Shown: positions 1-15,715 of the stretch, in pieces
How the letters are laid out: each line of letters starts with the position of its first letter
How positions within the stretch are numbered: position 1 is the first letter of the stretch
Source: Spirogloea muscicola
Taxonomy: Eukaryota
Reading direction: 5' to 3'
DNA: 55,257 nt
Assembly (NCBI GenBank): GCA_009602725.1
Contig: WELB01000016.1
Span: 578,730 to 633,986 of the forward strand
Made by a program: the position numbers and the translations under genes
The notes under the pieces: model-generated
Seen by the model: only the letters and a program-made list of their open reading frames with translations
What the model was told of the DNA's origin: nothing
The model's database searches: none

Positions 1-18
1 GCCTCGGCGGCGGCGGCC

Positions 19-3000
19 ATGGCGGCGCCGCCGCGCTCGCCGCCGCAGCTCTGCGCGCCCTCGCCGCCTGGATCCCTGTCCTCGCCTCCAGGTGGGGCCC
101 TCCCCGGCGCTCCCGCTCCTGCCGCTGCGAGCGAGGCGCCTCTGCCACGCCGCCGAAGATGGGGCCGCCAGTCGCCGTCTTACGGCAGTAGCTGGCAATG
201 GGGGCTCTGCCAACGCCGGGCTGCTCGCTGCAAGCGCCGGCTATGGATGAAGCAGCGCTGCCGACAGCCAAAGCTTCTCAGGGCGTTGCCACGAGTCGAA
301 CAGCGCCGCTTCCGTCAGTAGGCTTGCATCTTAGTCGCCCGTCCACAGTGGAGTTTTGGGTCTTGGCAGGCGGCGTGGTGGTTTCTCGCAGCTCTTAACT
401 GCTGATCGTCATCTGCTGCTGCTGCTGCCGCTGTGACGGTGCTGGCAGCGCCTTGCTGCTCCTCTTCACCTCCTTCATGGCGCTGCGCTTCCCGGCGCCG
501 CCGCCGCCGCGCTCCGTGGCCTACTCCGACCTCGTGGCGGCCCTGGACGCGAGCGGCGGCGCCGGCGGCGGCCACGATGTGGGCGTCACCGCCGCCAAGT
601 TCGAGGAGGGCTCCAACCTCGTGTACTTCAACGCCGAGCTGCGCCCGGGGCAGCAGCCGCTGGCTGGCGCGGCCGAAGCCCCGGCCGCCATCGCCGCACT
701 GCTGCGGCGGGCTGCCGAGCAGGCCGAGGCTGCTCCGGCAGCCTTGCCCAAGAGGTGAGCAGGCCAAGGTCGCGTCCTCCCACCAGGCTGCCGCCGTTGC
801 AGCTCCTTTCTTGCGCCCTCTCCTGGCAGCAGTGCCCCTTGTCCAGCGTTTGCTCACACTTGATGAAGCTGACGACCTTGTACCGGCACCTGGCCTGAGC
901 ACGGCAGGCCCAGCCCCAAGTGGCAGTTTGACACGCGCACGGTCCGTGGCGACGAGGGCAACCTGCTCGCACTCATGCGCCGAGGCAAGATCCAATGATC
1001 CTGCTCCACCCTCGGTCTCTGAGCCGGCATGCATGCCAGCTCCAGCACGTGGAAGGAGGTCGCCGCCCGTGCCGTGCCTCCCTTCCGCAGCCTGTCTGCC
1101 CTTCTATGCTAGCCCAGAAGAATACCTAGATTTATGAGTCAAGCTATTTTACTGAGTTAAGCTATTAATGAATAGGTGACCTTCCTACCAGCATGTTGTC
1201 ATTGTCCAACTTCTGTTGACCAGAATCCATACACTTCCATCGTCCAGCCTCTGTTCACTTGTCCGGAAGATCCAGGCAAAGGCCCTGAGCACTGGACTCT
1301 GCGCCGTAGAGTCCGAAGGCCGAGCCTGAGCTGCAGGCAGCAGGCTTGTGTTGTCCATGCCTTGGCTGGCCTGCTGCACAGTTAGTGCAGAGCCTGATGC
1401 TTCGACTGCTGATCATTGCTGCCCACTCTCTGTGGGCTCCGCTAAGCAGAGGGTGTGCGTTACAGCTCAGCGCCGCAGCCGGTGAGCGCAGCGCTGCAGC
1501 GCGCCATGGGCTCGGTTGCGCTCGTCTGGGTCCCGCTCCTACCTTTGTTCTACTTCATGTACCGCCAGGTGAGCTAGCCATGGCACAGCATGGCCCGTGC
1601 ATGCGATGCTAGCCCATCCTCGCCCCTCAGCATGTTCGTGATAGTATGACAACCTCAGGCCCCGTCTTCCTTGCGTCGCCACGTGGCAGGTCAGCGGGCG
1701 TGTGTCTGCACGGAAGCAGAAGAAGCAGGCGAGCAAGGGCGTGAGCTTTGCGGATGTTGCTGGCGTTGACACTGCCAAGGCTGAACTCAGTGAGGTAGGT
1801 CCTTGAACCCACAGCGTATCATCTTCATGCTTGATGCGTTTCTTGAGTCACGTACGCGACATTCAATTGTCAATTCCTGATACTGTACTACAGATGTGGA
1901 GTAAATAATTGCATGATGTTTGCTGCGGCGTGGCAGCTAGTACAGTGCCTTAGGGGCGCCCCCAAGTACAAGGGTCTGAGCGCGAAGCTGCCGCGGGGCG
2001 TGCTCCTTGTGGGCCCTCCCGGTACCGGCAAGACCATGCTGGCGAAGGCTGTAGCCAGTGAGGCCGGCGTCCCATTCTTTGCAGCGTCAGCAAGCGAGTT
2101 CGTGGAGCTCTTTGTGGGGCGGGGCGCTGCGCGGGTCCGCGAGCTCTTTGCCATGGCCCGCAAGCGGACGCCATCCATCGTCTTCATCGACGAGCTTGAC
2201 GCCGTGGGAGGGAAAAGGGGCCTCAGCTTCAATGATGAGCGCGACCAGACCCTCAACCAGGCAAAGCTCCACATCTCCACCCTGGGAGTGGAGACAGGCG
2301 GTCCATGGCTGAGTGCAACCGTCTCCTCATTGCAAGGGTCGTGCAATGCATGGAGCTGCTGCAAGCACGTATCACCGATTGAGCTGGCTTCTCCTCGTCT
2401 TGCGCACAGCTTCTCACGGAAATGGACGGCTTCGAGGGCGACTCGGGCGTCCTGGTTCTGGCGGCGACGAACCGGCCAGAGGCGCTGGACCCTGCGCTGA
2501 TCAGGCCCGGGAGGCTCTCGCGGCGGGTGCTGGTGCCCGTTCCAGACCAGCGGGGCCGCGAGCAGATCCTGGCCGTCCACGCCCGGGGGCTACCAGTCCA
2601 AGGCGACTCTGCAGCACTCTGCCGGTGGGGACCCAGTGAAGCAGAGTCTGAATGACCTTTTGATCAGTCACACCTACACATAATTAGCAATTAGTCAACA
2701 TCTGATAATGTGTCCTTGCCAAATGATTGTTGCCTTATTTTGTTGTCTGTGCATGCTCCTGGCGCCACTTCGCATAGTGTGCTCCTTCATCATTGACGGC
2801 TTTGTAAACGCCACTGGGGTGGGCTGCATGCACAGAATGGTGGCGACTGTCACCCCCGGTTTCACAGGGGCTGACCTCGCCAACGTGGTCAACGAGGCAG
2901 CGCTGCTTGCAGCTCGGAAGGGTACTGCTTGACTTTGACGTTTGCCACCTTCTTAGCCCTTTCTTTGTCACTAGAAGTGATTTCAGACGTCAAAATAGTC

Positions 3001-3360
3001 TCTGCACTTAGCCCCCTCTTACTACGATTTCCAATCTTTGTCTCCCACCTCCTTGTGGTCGCAACAATGGAGTGCAACTTATTTCTCTCGCTTAGATTTA
3101 TCGCCCTCCTGTGAGACGTTCGCCCCGTCCCTGACCTGCTGGTTCTGCCTGTTTGTTGTTGAGCTCGACCAGAAAGGGCCGCTGTGCAGCTGGAGGACTT
3201 CTTGGAGGCCGTGCGTCGGTCCAGATTTGGTGTAGGCGGGCAAGAGGGCTTCGTGCAGGGCCTCTCCCGAGGTCTCGCAGGGTGGCTGGGAGGGCTGACA
3301 GGCCAGTCAAGTCCAGAGAGCCCACCACCTGGCTACAGGGCACTGCCAACAAGAAGCTGA
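19..3360 (+). CDS. FTSHI3: Chloroplast FtsH-like inactive AAA protein (FtsHi3 type), multi-exon
   Basis: Exons spliced by eye give [78 protein letters not shown], Walker A GPPGTGKT, Walker [68 protein letters not shown] and [12 protein letters not shown], ending [11 protein letters not shown] (TGA 3358-3360). There is no M41/HEXXH domain, as in plant FtsHi3. The start and first introns are tentative. Confidence 0.85.
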
Positions 3361-3806
3361 GGTGACCTGCACAAAGCAATTTACAGCAATCTGATGCCAT
3401 CCATTTATCTGAACTGAAGATTGCTTTGTCTTGTAAAGTGATTCTTGAAGCCTTCATACTCTTCATTGTGCCTACTTTTAGCCCGGCACGTATCCATGTT
3501 TCAGTTCTTTACTTCGACCCTGTTAATTACCAGTGTACATTCTCAATCAGCCAGCAATTTATCACGTCAGCCAAGGCGATCAAGTTGTGCTTAGGCCTGC
3601 TAGGGGGGATGACTTACTTGTTGTGCAATTAGATAACCACTTTGGTGATGATTGTTGTATCTCGGTGTAGCTCAGCTAGAGCTTGTACTAAATTCATAGT
3701 GGTTGGCAGTGATTAGGTAGTGCTATGAAGTGGGTCTGTGAAGTGGACAACTTGCACCCTTGCAGTAATGAAGTGAAGGCTATCAGCAATCGCTTTTACA
3801 TGGCCC

Positions 3807-6800
3807 TTAATTCACGTGCTCTGACGCATCATCAGCAAGCGCAGATCCATCAAGGACGCCCAGTAAGGCCCCCACAGCTCCAGCATGGGCTTCGTGCCTC
3901 ATGAAGACAGCCTGTAGAGATAAGGTGGGACGGGTATGTTAGCTTGGACAATATGCACCTCGCGGTCACTGCCGTCTAGTAGAACCACAGCAAGAAGGCG
4001 CAGAGCTACTGAGCGCTGGATTCAGCTTACACAAGCAGATTAGAAGGTGCAAGGTGCACAAGATGGTGGCAGTACCTTCATGCTGCCCTTGGACCAGAAT
4101 TCAACGGCCACAGCTAGCAGCCTCATTGCCAACTGCACCAACAAAGAATCAGCTCACAATCAACAAGCAACTCGGTCACTATCGTAATCTCGCACATCCG
4201 TCATGTTAAATGGCAAACTTGTGTTCTAGTGCTAGCACCAGAGTGGCTGATGCAGCAAGCTCATGGTGAGCTTGATAGGTGCATGCTAGCATGACGCAAT
4301 TGACAAGAATCCTCAATAGCTTAAGTAGCTCTGGCAGAGCTGGATGTTACCTTATTGCTGTAGAGGAAGCTCCCAGCAAACAGGATAGTTCTCACTCCTG
4401 CAGACTTGGCGTGAAGCATTGCTATACTGCCGATGTTGTTTGTGACCATCAAGAGCGCTGCCTTGGCCAGGTGGCATGCCTCGCTCATGCCACCGTTCGT
4501 CCCATTCTTCCCTTTTGGCTGCACAAGCTGCTTAGTACAAGACAGTCTCTTGTCACACATGGGACAACAGTAAATGAAGAAACACAATTGGCGCCACTTT
4601 TACTCTTCTAATTTATTGAGCTGGTTGCTGATCTTGCCAGACTGTGTTAATCCCAAGCAAACTAGAAACTAATCTGTGCTGTTGTAAGCCAGTGGTTGGT
4701 CCCCCATTGATGCTCATTTCTGATAGACTGAATGGGCCTACCCAGCCTGTCTGGCAAGGACTATGTCCGACAAAGTCTACAACCCAGTATCATTTCCAAG
4801 ACAAGACTTGCATGACACACTTCAAATTGTAGAAGCCAACTCCGCAAGGTGAGTACCTTGCCAAACGAGCTTGCCACTGTAGTTGCTGCAAGCCCCATCT
4901 CAGGATAATTACCACCTACTTGAACGCGTGAAACATACGGTCAAGCAGGTGCCATAGGTGCTATTGAAGCACCAACTTGAGCACCTCTCACCCAGTCGCG
5001 TCTGCATGCATTCCTCAACATGCTCATATGCAGCATGCATGAAAACCCGAATAACATCTACAACAGAAGCAGCGACTGAACATGACAGGAGCCCATATTT
5101 CTGCTGGGTCGTATCACACCATATATGTCGCCAACTAGCATGTCAATCTGTGTGGAGTCCCCGTGGCTTGCCAAGTCAATGGCCTCGTCAAAACTGATAG
5201 AAAAGCCAACTCTGGCATGTCAGATAATGCTGAGCTTGTGAGCAAAGTATGAGCGAGCAAAGACCACCACATCACACAGAACAATTCAAGTGTAAAGTGG
5301 CACCTGCTGCACCCAGTCAGCGCCAACGTCAACCCCAGAAATGTACTGCAAAATGGACAATGATACTTGTATTGGTCAACGCATGTTCCAGACAAGATGT
5401 CTTGAAGCTTCAGCCCTTGAGTTGCAAGTGCATTCTAGGACTCGAAGGCATTTGTAAGTAGTGTTCTAGAATTGACGCTGAAGTGCATTTTAGGCTGAAA
5501 GCCAGCTGCAAAGTGGGCTTTATCTGTACCTGCCACCAAGGCTGGTACCGCCCACTCTCTCAAATTGGTTAGCAGAGTCCACCCGCAAGATGCTCACACC
5601 TGAACCTATGTTGACCTGCAATCAACGTGCCTGTTGGTCCATATCGAAGCTCAACCTCGGCTAGCGAGCCCTTTGCTCTACAACAGGATGCTCAAGCTCT
5701 AGGATGGGGAAGATAGGTGATCCAGATCCCTAACTTGCGAGGGCTTATCCATATCGGGACATAGCATATCCTGTCATTGCAGAGATTATACACGCGTATT
5801 TTGGGGCCTGGATACGGGGAACGTAAGAGGGGCGAGCATATCACATAGTCAGCCAGAGGCCAGCACATACCACGAGGTAAGGATAGGCATTGTCCTGACC
5901 AAAGAGCTTATTGTCACCAACCACGCCGCTCAAGGTCCTCGGCCTCGGCCTGCGCGCTGTCTTTGTCCCGCTCTCCATGGCAGGGCCACTGTTACTGACG
6001 GGCTCCTCTTTGCAGCCACGATTGTGGTCTTCGTCTTCATCGCTGCTAGTCTCAGATGACGAGTCCAGTGGCCGCTGGTGCACGCCTCCTTTATAAGTAC
6101 CTGTTCGACTCCTCCATCTTGTTCAGAGTGAGCAGTGTCTTGAGCTCTTGCCAGACGCTTCTTAGTGAGCTGGATTTGCATGTCAACAACCTCCTGCCTC
6201 CAACCAGGAGCCAGCTATTGAAGCTTGACATTGACCATACCAGTTGTGCACAGCAATGTCATGGGTATGCACCAGATGTAAGCTTACCTTGAGGATACTC
6301 GAAGCAGTCATCAACAGCATGCCTTGCCAGGAAGTCCACACCTCGTACAAGACTGACCAGGCAGAGGACACCACTGATGTTGACGTCAACAAGTCCTTGC
6401 ATTCCTTACACTGTGGTGCTCAGAGTAGATTAAGGCTGCTCAGAGTGTGCTGCAAGACTCCAGAGGTCTGAGTCTGAACAATCTGGTCTAATATCAAATT
6501 TTGTTGAGGTATCCAGCAACTGTGTGTCAGGAGACTGCATTTACCTAGAGAGCTCATCTGCTTTGTGCAGCTTGAGGCCGGCTACCTCCAAGAACTTTGG
6601 GCCGTACTTGCGAGCCCCTCCACTGTTCAGGCCAGTTGTGGACAACGACGTGCACGACTTTGTGAGACCACCAAAGTTGTGCAGATCAACAAGGCTGATG
6701 GGTATCAGAGTGGCTTAGCCCCAGGCACGCGCTCCTTGCAGTACATATGCCCGAGGCAAGTAGCCGCTCACTCAAGGAGACTACTGTGTACACTGACGTT

Positions 6801-7206
6801 TGCCAGCTGGGTGAGTCGTGGAATTGTACTATCTTGACAAGTCCGTCAGCTGGTGGCAATCGGCTCAGGCCCCTCACCCCGTGGCGCCGATGACGTGGTG
6901 ATCGGCAACCAGCGAGTGCTCCTTGGACACCTCGAGGAATTCCTCGATTCTCCACGTCTCTGCAGCATCAGACGACGAGAAAAGCGATCGGCAACGTCGT
7001 CGGCAGGGCTAAGATAGCCGACCGAGAGCCCCCGAGCCCGTCCTACTAACTGCTCGAGGTCCTGCCAGGCTCTTGATGGACCTAGTGTGGACGACTGCAT
7101 TTGAGGTTAGGCGTAGTTATGCGTTGCTCACCGAAGCGCTTGAAGTGGAGGGTGCCGCGGCCGAGCAGGCGCACTGGCGCGTGGCTAGGCATCCAGAGCT
7201 TCCGGA

Positions 7207-7248
<42 letters not shown>

Positions 7249-7569
7249 NNNNNNNNNNNNNNNNNNNNNNNNNNNNNNNNNNNNNNNNNNNNNNNNNNNN
7301 NNNNNNNNNNNNNNNNNNNNNNNNNNNNNNNNNNNNNNNNNNNNNNNNNNNNNNNNNNNNNNNNNNNNNNNNNNNNNNNNNNNNNNNNNNNNNNNNNNNN
7401 NNNNNNNNNNNNNNNNNNNNNNNNNNNNNNNNNNNNNNNNNNNNNNNNNNNNNNNNNNNNNNNNNNNNNNNCCGCCGCCGCAGCCGCCGCCGCCAGCGCC
7501 GACGCCGCCGCCGCCGCCGCCGCCGCGGCGGCTGTCCTTGACAGGAGATGGCGCGCTCGGCGACGGCAT
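3807..7569 (-). CDS. PANK: Type II (eukaryotic) pantothenate kinase, multi-exon, no DUF89 domain seen
   Basis: Minus-strand exons read GTLHFKRF/ETWRIEEFL..VIGATGGGARKY..KADEL, AYPYLV/VNIGSGVSILRV..FERVGGTSLGG, TFLGLTLALTG, VASSFGK, LLMVTNNIGSIAMLHAK..ILFAGSFL, LAVAVEFWSKG and AVFMRHEAHAGAVGALL..VN* (stop at 3807). The 5' part crosses the N gap, so the ATG at 7569 is tentative. Confidence 0.85.
7208..7248. repeat. (GCC)n microsatellite bordering assembly gap N7249-7471
   Basis: About 13 GCC units run into the Ns, and GCC-rich sequence resumes after the gap. Confidence 0.9.
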
Positions 7570-9045
7570 GACAGTGACACGAGGCAGCGGAGCACCTAAT
7601 ACATTTCACTTAACTCTGTGATCCATCAGCTAAAGCGCAACGAGTCGGTAAACATCACGCGGCCCCTCAACAAGTGACAGTCTCGAGGAGCACAAGCCGT
7701 ACGGCACATCGAGATTTGTCTACAATGGGATCAGTTAGTGCTAACAGCCTCACTTTCCCGCCTACGAGGGGGGCTGACGCGTTTTTTAACCGGGCCAAGG
7801 AGCTCTGGTTCGCGGCAGCCCCGGGGCCGCAGGACACGTGTCGCCACCGCCGGCTATGTCATGACCACGTGACGGCGGCCTGCCCGCCAATCGGAGCGAT
7901 CGTCGGATCTGGTGGAAGGGCAACTAACCAAGTTGACCACTGAAGCGGGCTCCAGCTAACTTAATCGGCACGGTAACTTATAAGCAGACTTTGACGTCAG
8001 CGCCCATCACCACGTAAAACTACCGGAACCCGGGCAGATTTCGAGCCCCTTCTGGTAAGCCGACCCGCCCTGAGACTTAACCTGCACGCTAAAGGAGGCA
8101 GCTACTTGTGAGGAGCCAACCACAAGTTTATGGACTCAATGCTGGACACGGGTCAAGAATTTGAGAGGGCGCTCTTGCTAGAGAGGCGGCGTGCGGTGCG
8201 CATGAAATTAAAGGAAGGCCAAACCAAGCCAATACGATGTGCAGGCAAACTTTACCGCAAAAGATGGGCTACAATAGCGAAGCCCTATGCTAAGGGGGCC
8301 AAGGTAACAGTGCATTTGCCGGCTGAGGCAGACTTTGGTACCCACGAGTAAGCAAGTCAAAATCGACAGGCTAAATTGAGGAGTAGAGAGTAGCGCCTGC
8401 TGGGACTTAGTGTTGGCTGATGACTTCCTACCCAGGGTCTTTCTGCAGCTTGCCAATCTTTGCTCATCTGAGTATTTACTGATGCTTTGAATTGTTTGAG
8501 TACCATATCAAGTAGGTGGGAGAGCCTCCTCAGAGTGTGCGGACTGCCCAAACAATTTCCACAGCGACGCCCTCCATATATAATGTGCTTTGCAACATGC
8601 TTTCTATGCAAACCTGTGGAGTTGGCAATAACACAAGGACTTCCCTCCCAGCTTCACCCTCGGCTTTCCACCCTGCCGTGCTCCACAAGTGTGCTATCTC
8701 TCACAGCCAGCTCTTCAGGAGAGGTGCAGTGCAATGTCTACAAGCAAGACAAGAAGTACGTGCCCATTTTGCTGATAGAGGTATCTGGTGCTAAATGACA
8801 CGTTAAGTGCAGTAAGCTACAAGATCTGCAAGACCCGTTGATTCATTGTCAACAAGCAAGCATCAGAATTGTGCGAGATGGGCCATGTTTGGGACTCTCC
8901 CTGTCACTACCCTTATCCCCTGCTGCCATCTTCTTGCATAAATCTCAAATATGGAATGATAACCAGACAATGTGGTAGATCGAGTCTGTAGCGGCCTCTC
9001 ATTGAAAGAAGCTTCTTTTCATTTTCGTTAAGGCCCTCCTCCACT

Positions 9046-11371
<2,326 letters not shown>

Positions 11372-11575
11372 GGCGGCGGCGGCGGCGGCGGCGGCGCTCG
11401 GGCCTGGCTCGTCGGCTGGCGGGGAAGCGGTCCGCTGAGTGAGTGTTCGGGTGCTCAACTGGCCTTCTCCCATTGGGGCTTTGCGAAGGGCTTCCCACGC
11501 CAGTAGCCCGTCCGCACGGGCTCACGTTCAGGCAGCTAGCTCGTTGACGCCCTTCGAAGGAAGCGGCTGCTGATA

Positions 11576-14500
11576 TTAAAAGGGCGGCTGTGAAAGCCAG
11601 CCAGATGCATACAGGTGTTCATGACGGAGCCACAGGCTAGACAGCCAGGGCGCTCTTAGTAACCCCGTGTCAGCAGTAGTCAGATGAGCTGAGGGGAGGA
11701 AGAGCAACCCCGCTGCGCAAGCCAGAGGCTGCTGCAAGGGCACGACCAGCGCGGCGATGCAAAGCAAGCGCTTGGGAAGCTGTAGCGACATAGACAAACG
11801 CATACGGTAGCAGGACACAAGACCCAAAGGCACCGAGCCACCGGGAAGGGCTGCACCCTGTTCCCGGCGCCGCTGGTCAGCTTGAGATGCCAGCAGCGAA
11901 AGTAACGAGGACCACCGACCCCCGTAACACCCATGGATGTCCATGGCCAGGGGGTAAAAGGTATCACCCGCCGGGTGGTCCTTGTACTTGTGCAACTTCT
12001 TCTGTTCGGCCACCTTCACGGCATAGCCGGTCTCAGAAGTTACGGGGCCCTTCGCCCGGAAGCTGTCGGTTAGGACGACGTCCATGAGAAGCCGCTTGCC
12101 ACCTCCCAGGGGGACGCCGACCAGATCGACACGCCGCGTCCGAGGGACCCCGTTGCGGAGCTGGACGGGCATCACCCCGGTGCTCTCCAACGCCACTTGA
12201 TATCCCGCCTCCTTGACGATGCCATACATGGCGTCACGTAGGAGGTTGTGGGAGCCCGTGCGCTCACTGCCTTTGGCACACCTGAGCATGTGGTCACCCA
12301 TGAGCACTGCATCATGCTCAATAAGCCCACATTCACATTGGGTCACCCCTGCCAAGCACAGGGATGGTAAGCCAAGACGGCGGCGCATAGCATCGCAAAA
12401 CAAAGCATTTTCCATCCGCAAGCCCGCATGCAAAGGCAAAGCGCGGAGCCACTCAGACGCTCCCAGAGACGATACAGATAGGAGCCGAGCCTGGCCTCGA
12501 GCATCCCCTTGGAGGAGACTCCGGAGATGCTCCAGTGGTTGCTCGTCTGCAGCACGGGAAAACCGCGATTGAGCCTTAACATCAGAAACGTCAGCCCAGG
12601 CAGCAAAGCTAACAGGCTCATTCACCAGAGGCGGGTATGCGGCAAAGAGGTCCTGTTGGCATGCTTTGAGAGTCACTTGGAAAGGCAGACTCCCCTGAAC
12701 CACGTTACTGATGTGAGGCGCCAACACACGTTGTTGCTCAAGGAGGAATCGTCCAGATATGGACGAGGCCACCTGAGCCCAGCAGCCAAGGTACGCTGGT
12801 CTGCATAAGCGGACCAAGGGGCGACAACCAAGCCCACCGTGACGTATGGGCAGCGTACATTGCACCAGTGCTGCTGGAGACTGCTCTAGGAGTGGGTGAG
12901 CAATCAGATCAGCAAGGCATTGCTGAAGCTTGACATCAATGGATGCATAGATAGCATCCAAGCTGACCGACGGTGGGACCGTACGCAGGAGGTAACACGG
13001 CCGCTGTGCCACACTCCTGGTCAAAATGGCCACTGCCAACTGAGAGTCCCCAAGGCGTGGGAGCTCTGGCAGGACCTGCATGTATCCTTGGAGACGCGCA
13101 AGGACAGCACCCTCCGAGAAAGACGGGTCCCCTAGTGGCACTCCCAAAATCCTCAAGCCGCCCTCTGGAGTCTGACAAGATGTAGGCAACGAGGAGAAGA
13201 GGGAAAGAGGGATGCCAATAGGGGACCAGGCGGAGCACTTAGCCGGATTGACCCCAAGCCCAATAAGCTGGAGCTGGTGCTGAAGCGTGCCGAAAGCTTG
13301 CAGCACCTCCACTGGGGGGCCGAGGAGCGTGGTATCATCCGCGTAACTCGGGAGGAGAACGCCAGGGTGAGCGCTCGCCGTGTTGCGCAAAGCACGGTGA
13401 TGCGCCAGAGCGAAGAGAAAACCTCCCATTGGATCACCTTGCCGTGTCCCCGTCTTTGACTGCAAAACAGCCAAAGAACTCCCTGCCCCCCACAACAATG
13501 CAGATGGCGAGCCATACATGCATCGGAAGTGAGGGAGGAGGGTGGGAAAGTACTGCCTTAGCTCCTCGGCAATAACCTGCCGATCCACAGTGTTGAAGGC
13601 ATTCTGTACGTCCACGCTCAAGGCCAGCCAATGGGGGTTGACGTCCAGTGCCGCTCGTACCCCGTGCACCAGGGTCTCAGCGCCAGCACGCATCCCAGCC
13701 CCAAACTGGTGGGGATGGAAGTGCGCCTGGGCATCGTCCTGAATCTGCATGATTAGGGTGCGCCCCACGAGGCGCGACAGAACCTCCCCCATCGAGATAG
13801 GACGCACTCCCCCGCTGTCCTTCTGCAAAGCAATGAGATTGCTTGTGCAGAGGACTGCGCCTACTCGTTGGGTGAGGTGTCCACGCGCAACATGTTGTGC
13901 AACCCTAAGCAGCAGATTGAAATCCTCCTCCGAGTCGTCCTCCCCATACAGCTCCCGCAAGTGCTCAAAGAGCATGCCCGATGGACCCCCGGCGACTGCC
14001 TTGCGGCTACTCACAATCGCCCGACGGAAGGCAGCCGGGTCCAGGTCCACCGGTTGAGCAGGCGTGAAGCTCTCCATCCATGTATCTAATCTTCGCGGGG
14101 CCGAAGGATGGAGCTGCTCGAGTGCGGCCAAGGTTGCCGCATCATGCGGTGCTGGTGTGGAGGGCTCCAAGGCTTGGGCAGCCCTGGCAAGGTCGCCGGC
14201 TCGTCCAAATCGGATGGCACGTCGCTTGCCCGCCTCCTTAATATCGGATTCCGACGTGGTGGGCCGAAAGTTGGCTTGCGCGAGTTGCGCAGCCGCTTGG
14301 TGCTTTGCAAGTAGCAGCTGCCACTCCCCACCTTCAAACAGGTGAAGGCGCAGCAGCAGCTCCTTGCGACCTGCCTTCCCCTGCGGCAGGCGACCAAGCA
14401 AGAGTCGCGGAAACAACACAAACACAGCCCATGCAGCCTCATCCTCGCTGTCACGAGCCAGACGTGTCAGGAGGGGCCGAAGGGCTCGCCGTATGTGGGG

Positions 14501-15710
14501 CCGGGCCCAATACGGGATGTGTCGTAGGAGCTGCGCGTTGGTCGTCCGCAGGATCTCGGAGACGTCCACGCTCTCCGCCCACCGCCAGTGTTCTGCCGTA
14601 GGCCCTGGTGGTGGTGTTGGCATCGCCCCTCTTGAAGGGACTCTGCGAGCCCGAGCGGTGGCGGATGCCTCTGCCTGCTGCGCCTCTCTGTTAGCAGAAC
14701 GCACGCAGGCCCGCTCGTGCGAGCTCAGACCCACCTTGGAGGCACAGCGCCGCCGGCAGAGCCGGCAGCGGAGCTCCATAGGCGGGCAAGAGGTTGCCTC
14801 CGCAGGGGGCCGGAGGTCCTCTTGGCCCCGCTCCCCTTCTCCAGGTGCAGCTGATACAGCGGCATCGCCAGCCACGGGCCCGTCAGCATCATCAGCGCCA
14901 CTGCCACCACTCGCCGAACCCATGGCGACAACCACTTCCAAGCGCCGCCTGGCTCCTCCGCTGCGGCGACCTCCCCTCCAAGATGCAGGGGGGTTTGCGG
15001 AAGCCGTCTGCCCTGCAGACGCGGGAGAGGTGCACGGCGTTGGTTGTGGGTGGGGCTCGAAGCCCGTAAGTAGAGCAGCATGAGAAGCAGTGGGAGAGGA
15101 TACTGGGGGAGGGGGTCCTGTGCCCCTCTCCATGTTGCCCTCCTCCACGGCAATCTCAGATGGTGTTGGGGCCGTGGTCGGGACAGCCGTCTCGTCCATC
15201 CCTGAGCCTAATGGGGCCTGGGATGAGCGCGTAGCGCAGCAACTCCTGGAGCTCCGGTGCACTGCTCTCGCGCTGGCCGCCAGTGCGGTTGCCTCCCCGG
15301 CACAAGTGAGCCGAGGGTTTGATCGCAGCCGGCCGAGCCAGCTTGTGAGCTGGGCAGCCGGACCCATGTTCCCCGCACGAGGCTGTGCAAGCTGCCTAGG
15401 TGCCGTATCCTCCCTCGCCACCGCCGTGGCCGCCGCGGCGCACGGCGTGGCATGAGGGACCCCGCCAGCTGGGGGCCGCGCTGCGGACGGCACTCTGCGC
15501 GGCGAGCTCCGAGGAGCGCGCCGTGCAGGTGCGCGCCGTGCCTTCGCAGGCGGCGGCATGCGCGCCCGGCGGCGCTCAGGCGCTCGAGCGCCCCGGGGGG
15601 TTGGCAAGGCGCCGCGGCGCCCGGGGGGGGGGCGGCGCCGGCGGCGAGCTAGGGAGCCGTTGGGGGGGGGGTGGGGCAGCTGCCACTGGAGGCCGTGCTG
15701 GGCGGGGCCC
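11576..15710 (-). mobile_element. Near-full-length CRE-clade non-LTR retrotransposon (single ORF: C2H2 zinc finger, RT, CCHC, restriction-like endonuclease)
   Basis: Intronless ~4-kb ORF with CRLCRRRCASKVGLSSHERAC, RT motifs (KDSGGVRPISMGE, QFGAG, DVQNAFN, GTRQGDPMG, YADD, GLRILGVPLG), CECG..GDHMLRC..SHN and endonuclease RRVDL..MDV..AEQKKLHKY..FYPLAMDIHG. The 3' UTR ends with a GGCTG..CAGCC stem-loop and cctttt. The 5' end is approximate and no TSD was found. Confidence 0.9.
11656..15607 (-). CDS. CRE-type reverse transcriptase/endonuclease polyprotein with two frameshifts near the C-terminus
   Basis: 1343-aa ORF in the track. Sibling fragments in this window indicate the native C-terminus is ..SLQRSQALALHRRAGRALAAASG..SDLLLLTRGY*, with the stop at 11658-11656. 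Confidence 0.8.
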
Positions 15711-15715
15711 GTTGT

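Noticed and set aside
7833..7999. ACGT-core palindromes (GACACGTGTC, CACGTG, TGACGTCA) upstream of PanK
   Set aside because: Plausible bZIP sites, but too short to support without conservation data.
8130..8800. Short ORFs between PanK and TPI (e.g. HVAKHIIYGGRRCGNCLG)
   Set aside because: No recognisable family, and no consistent exon structure.
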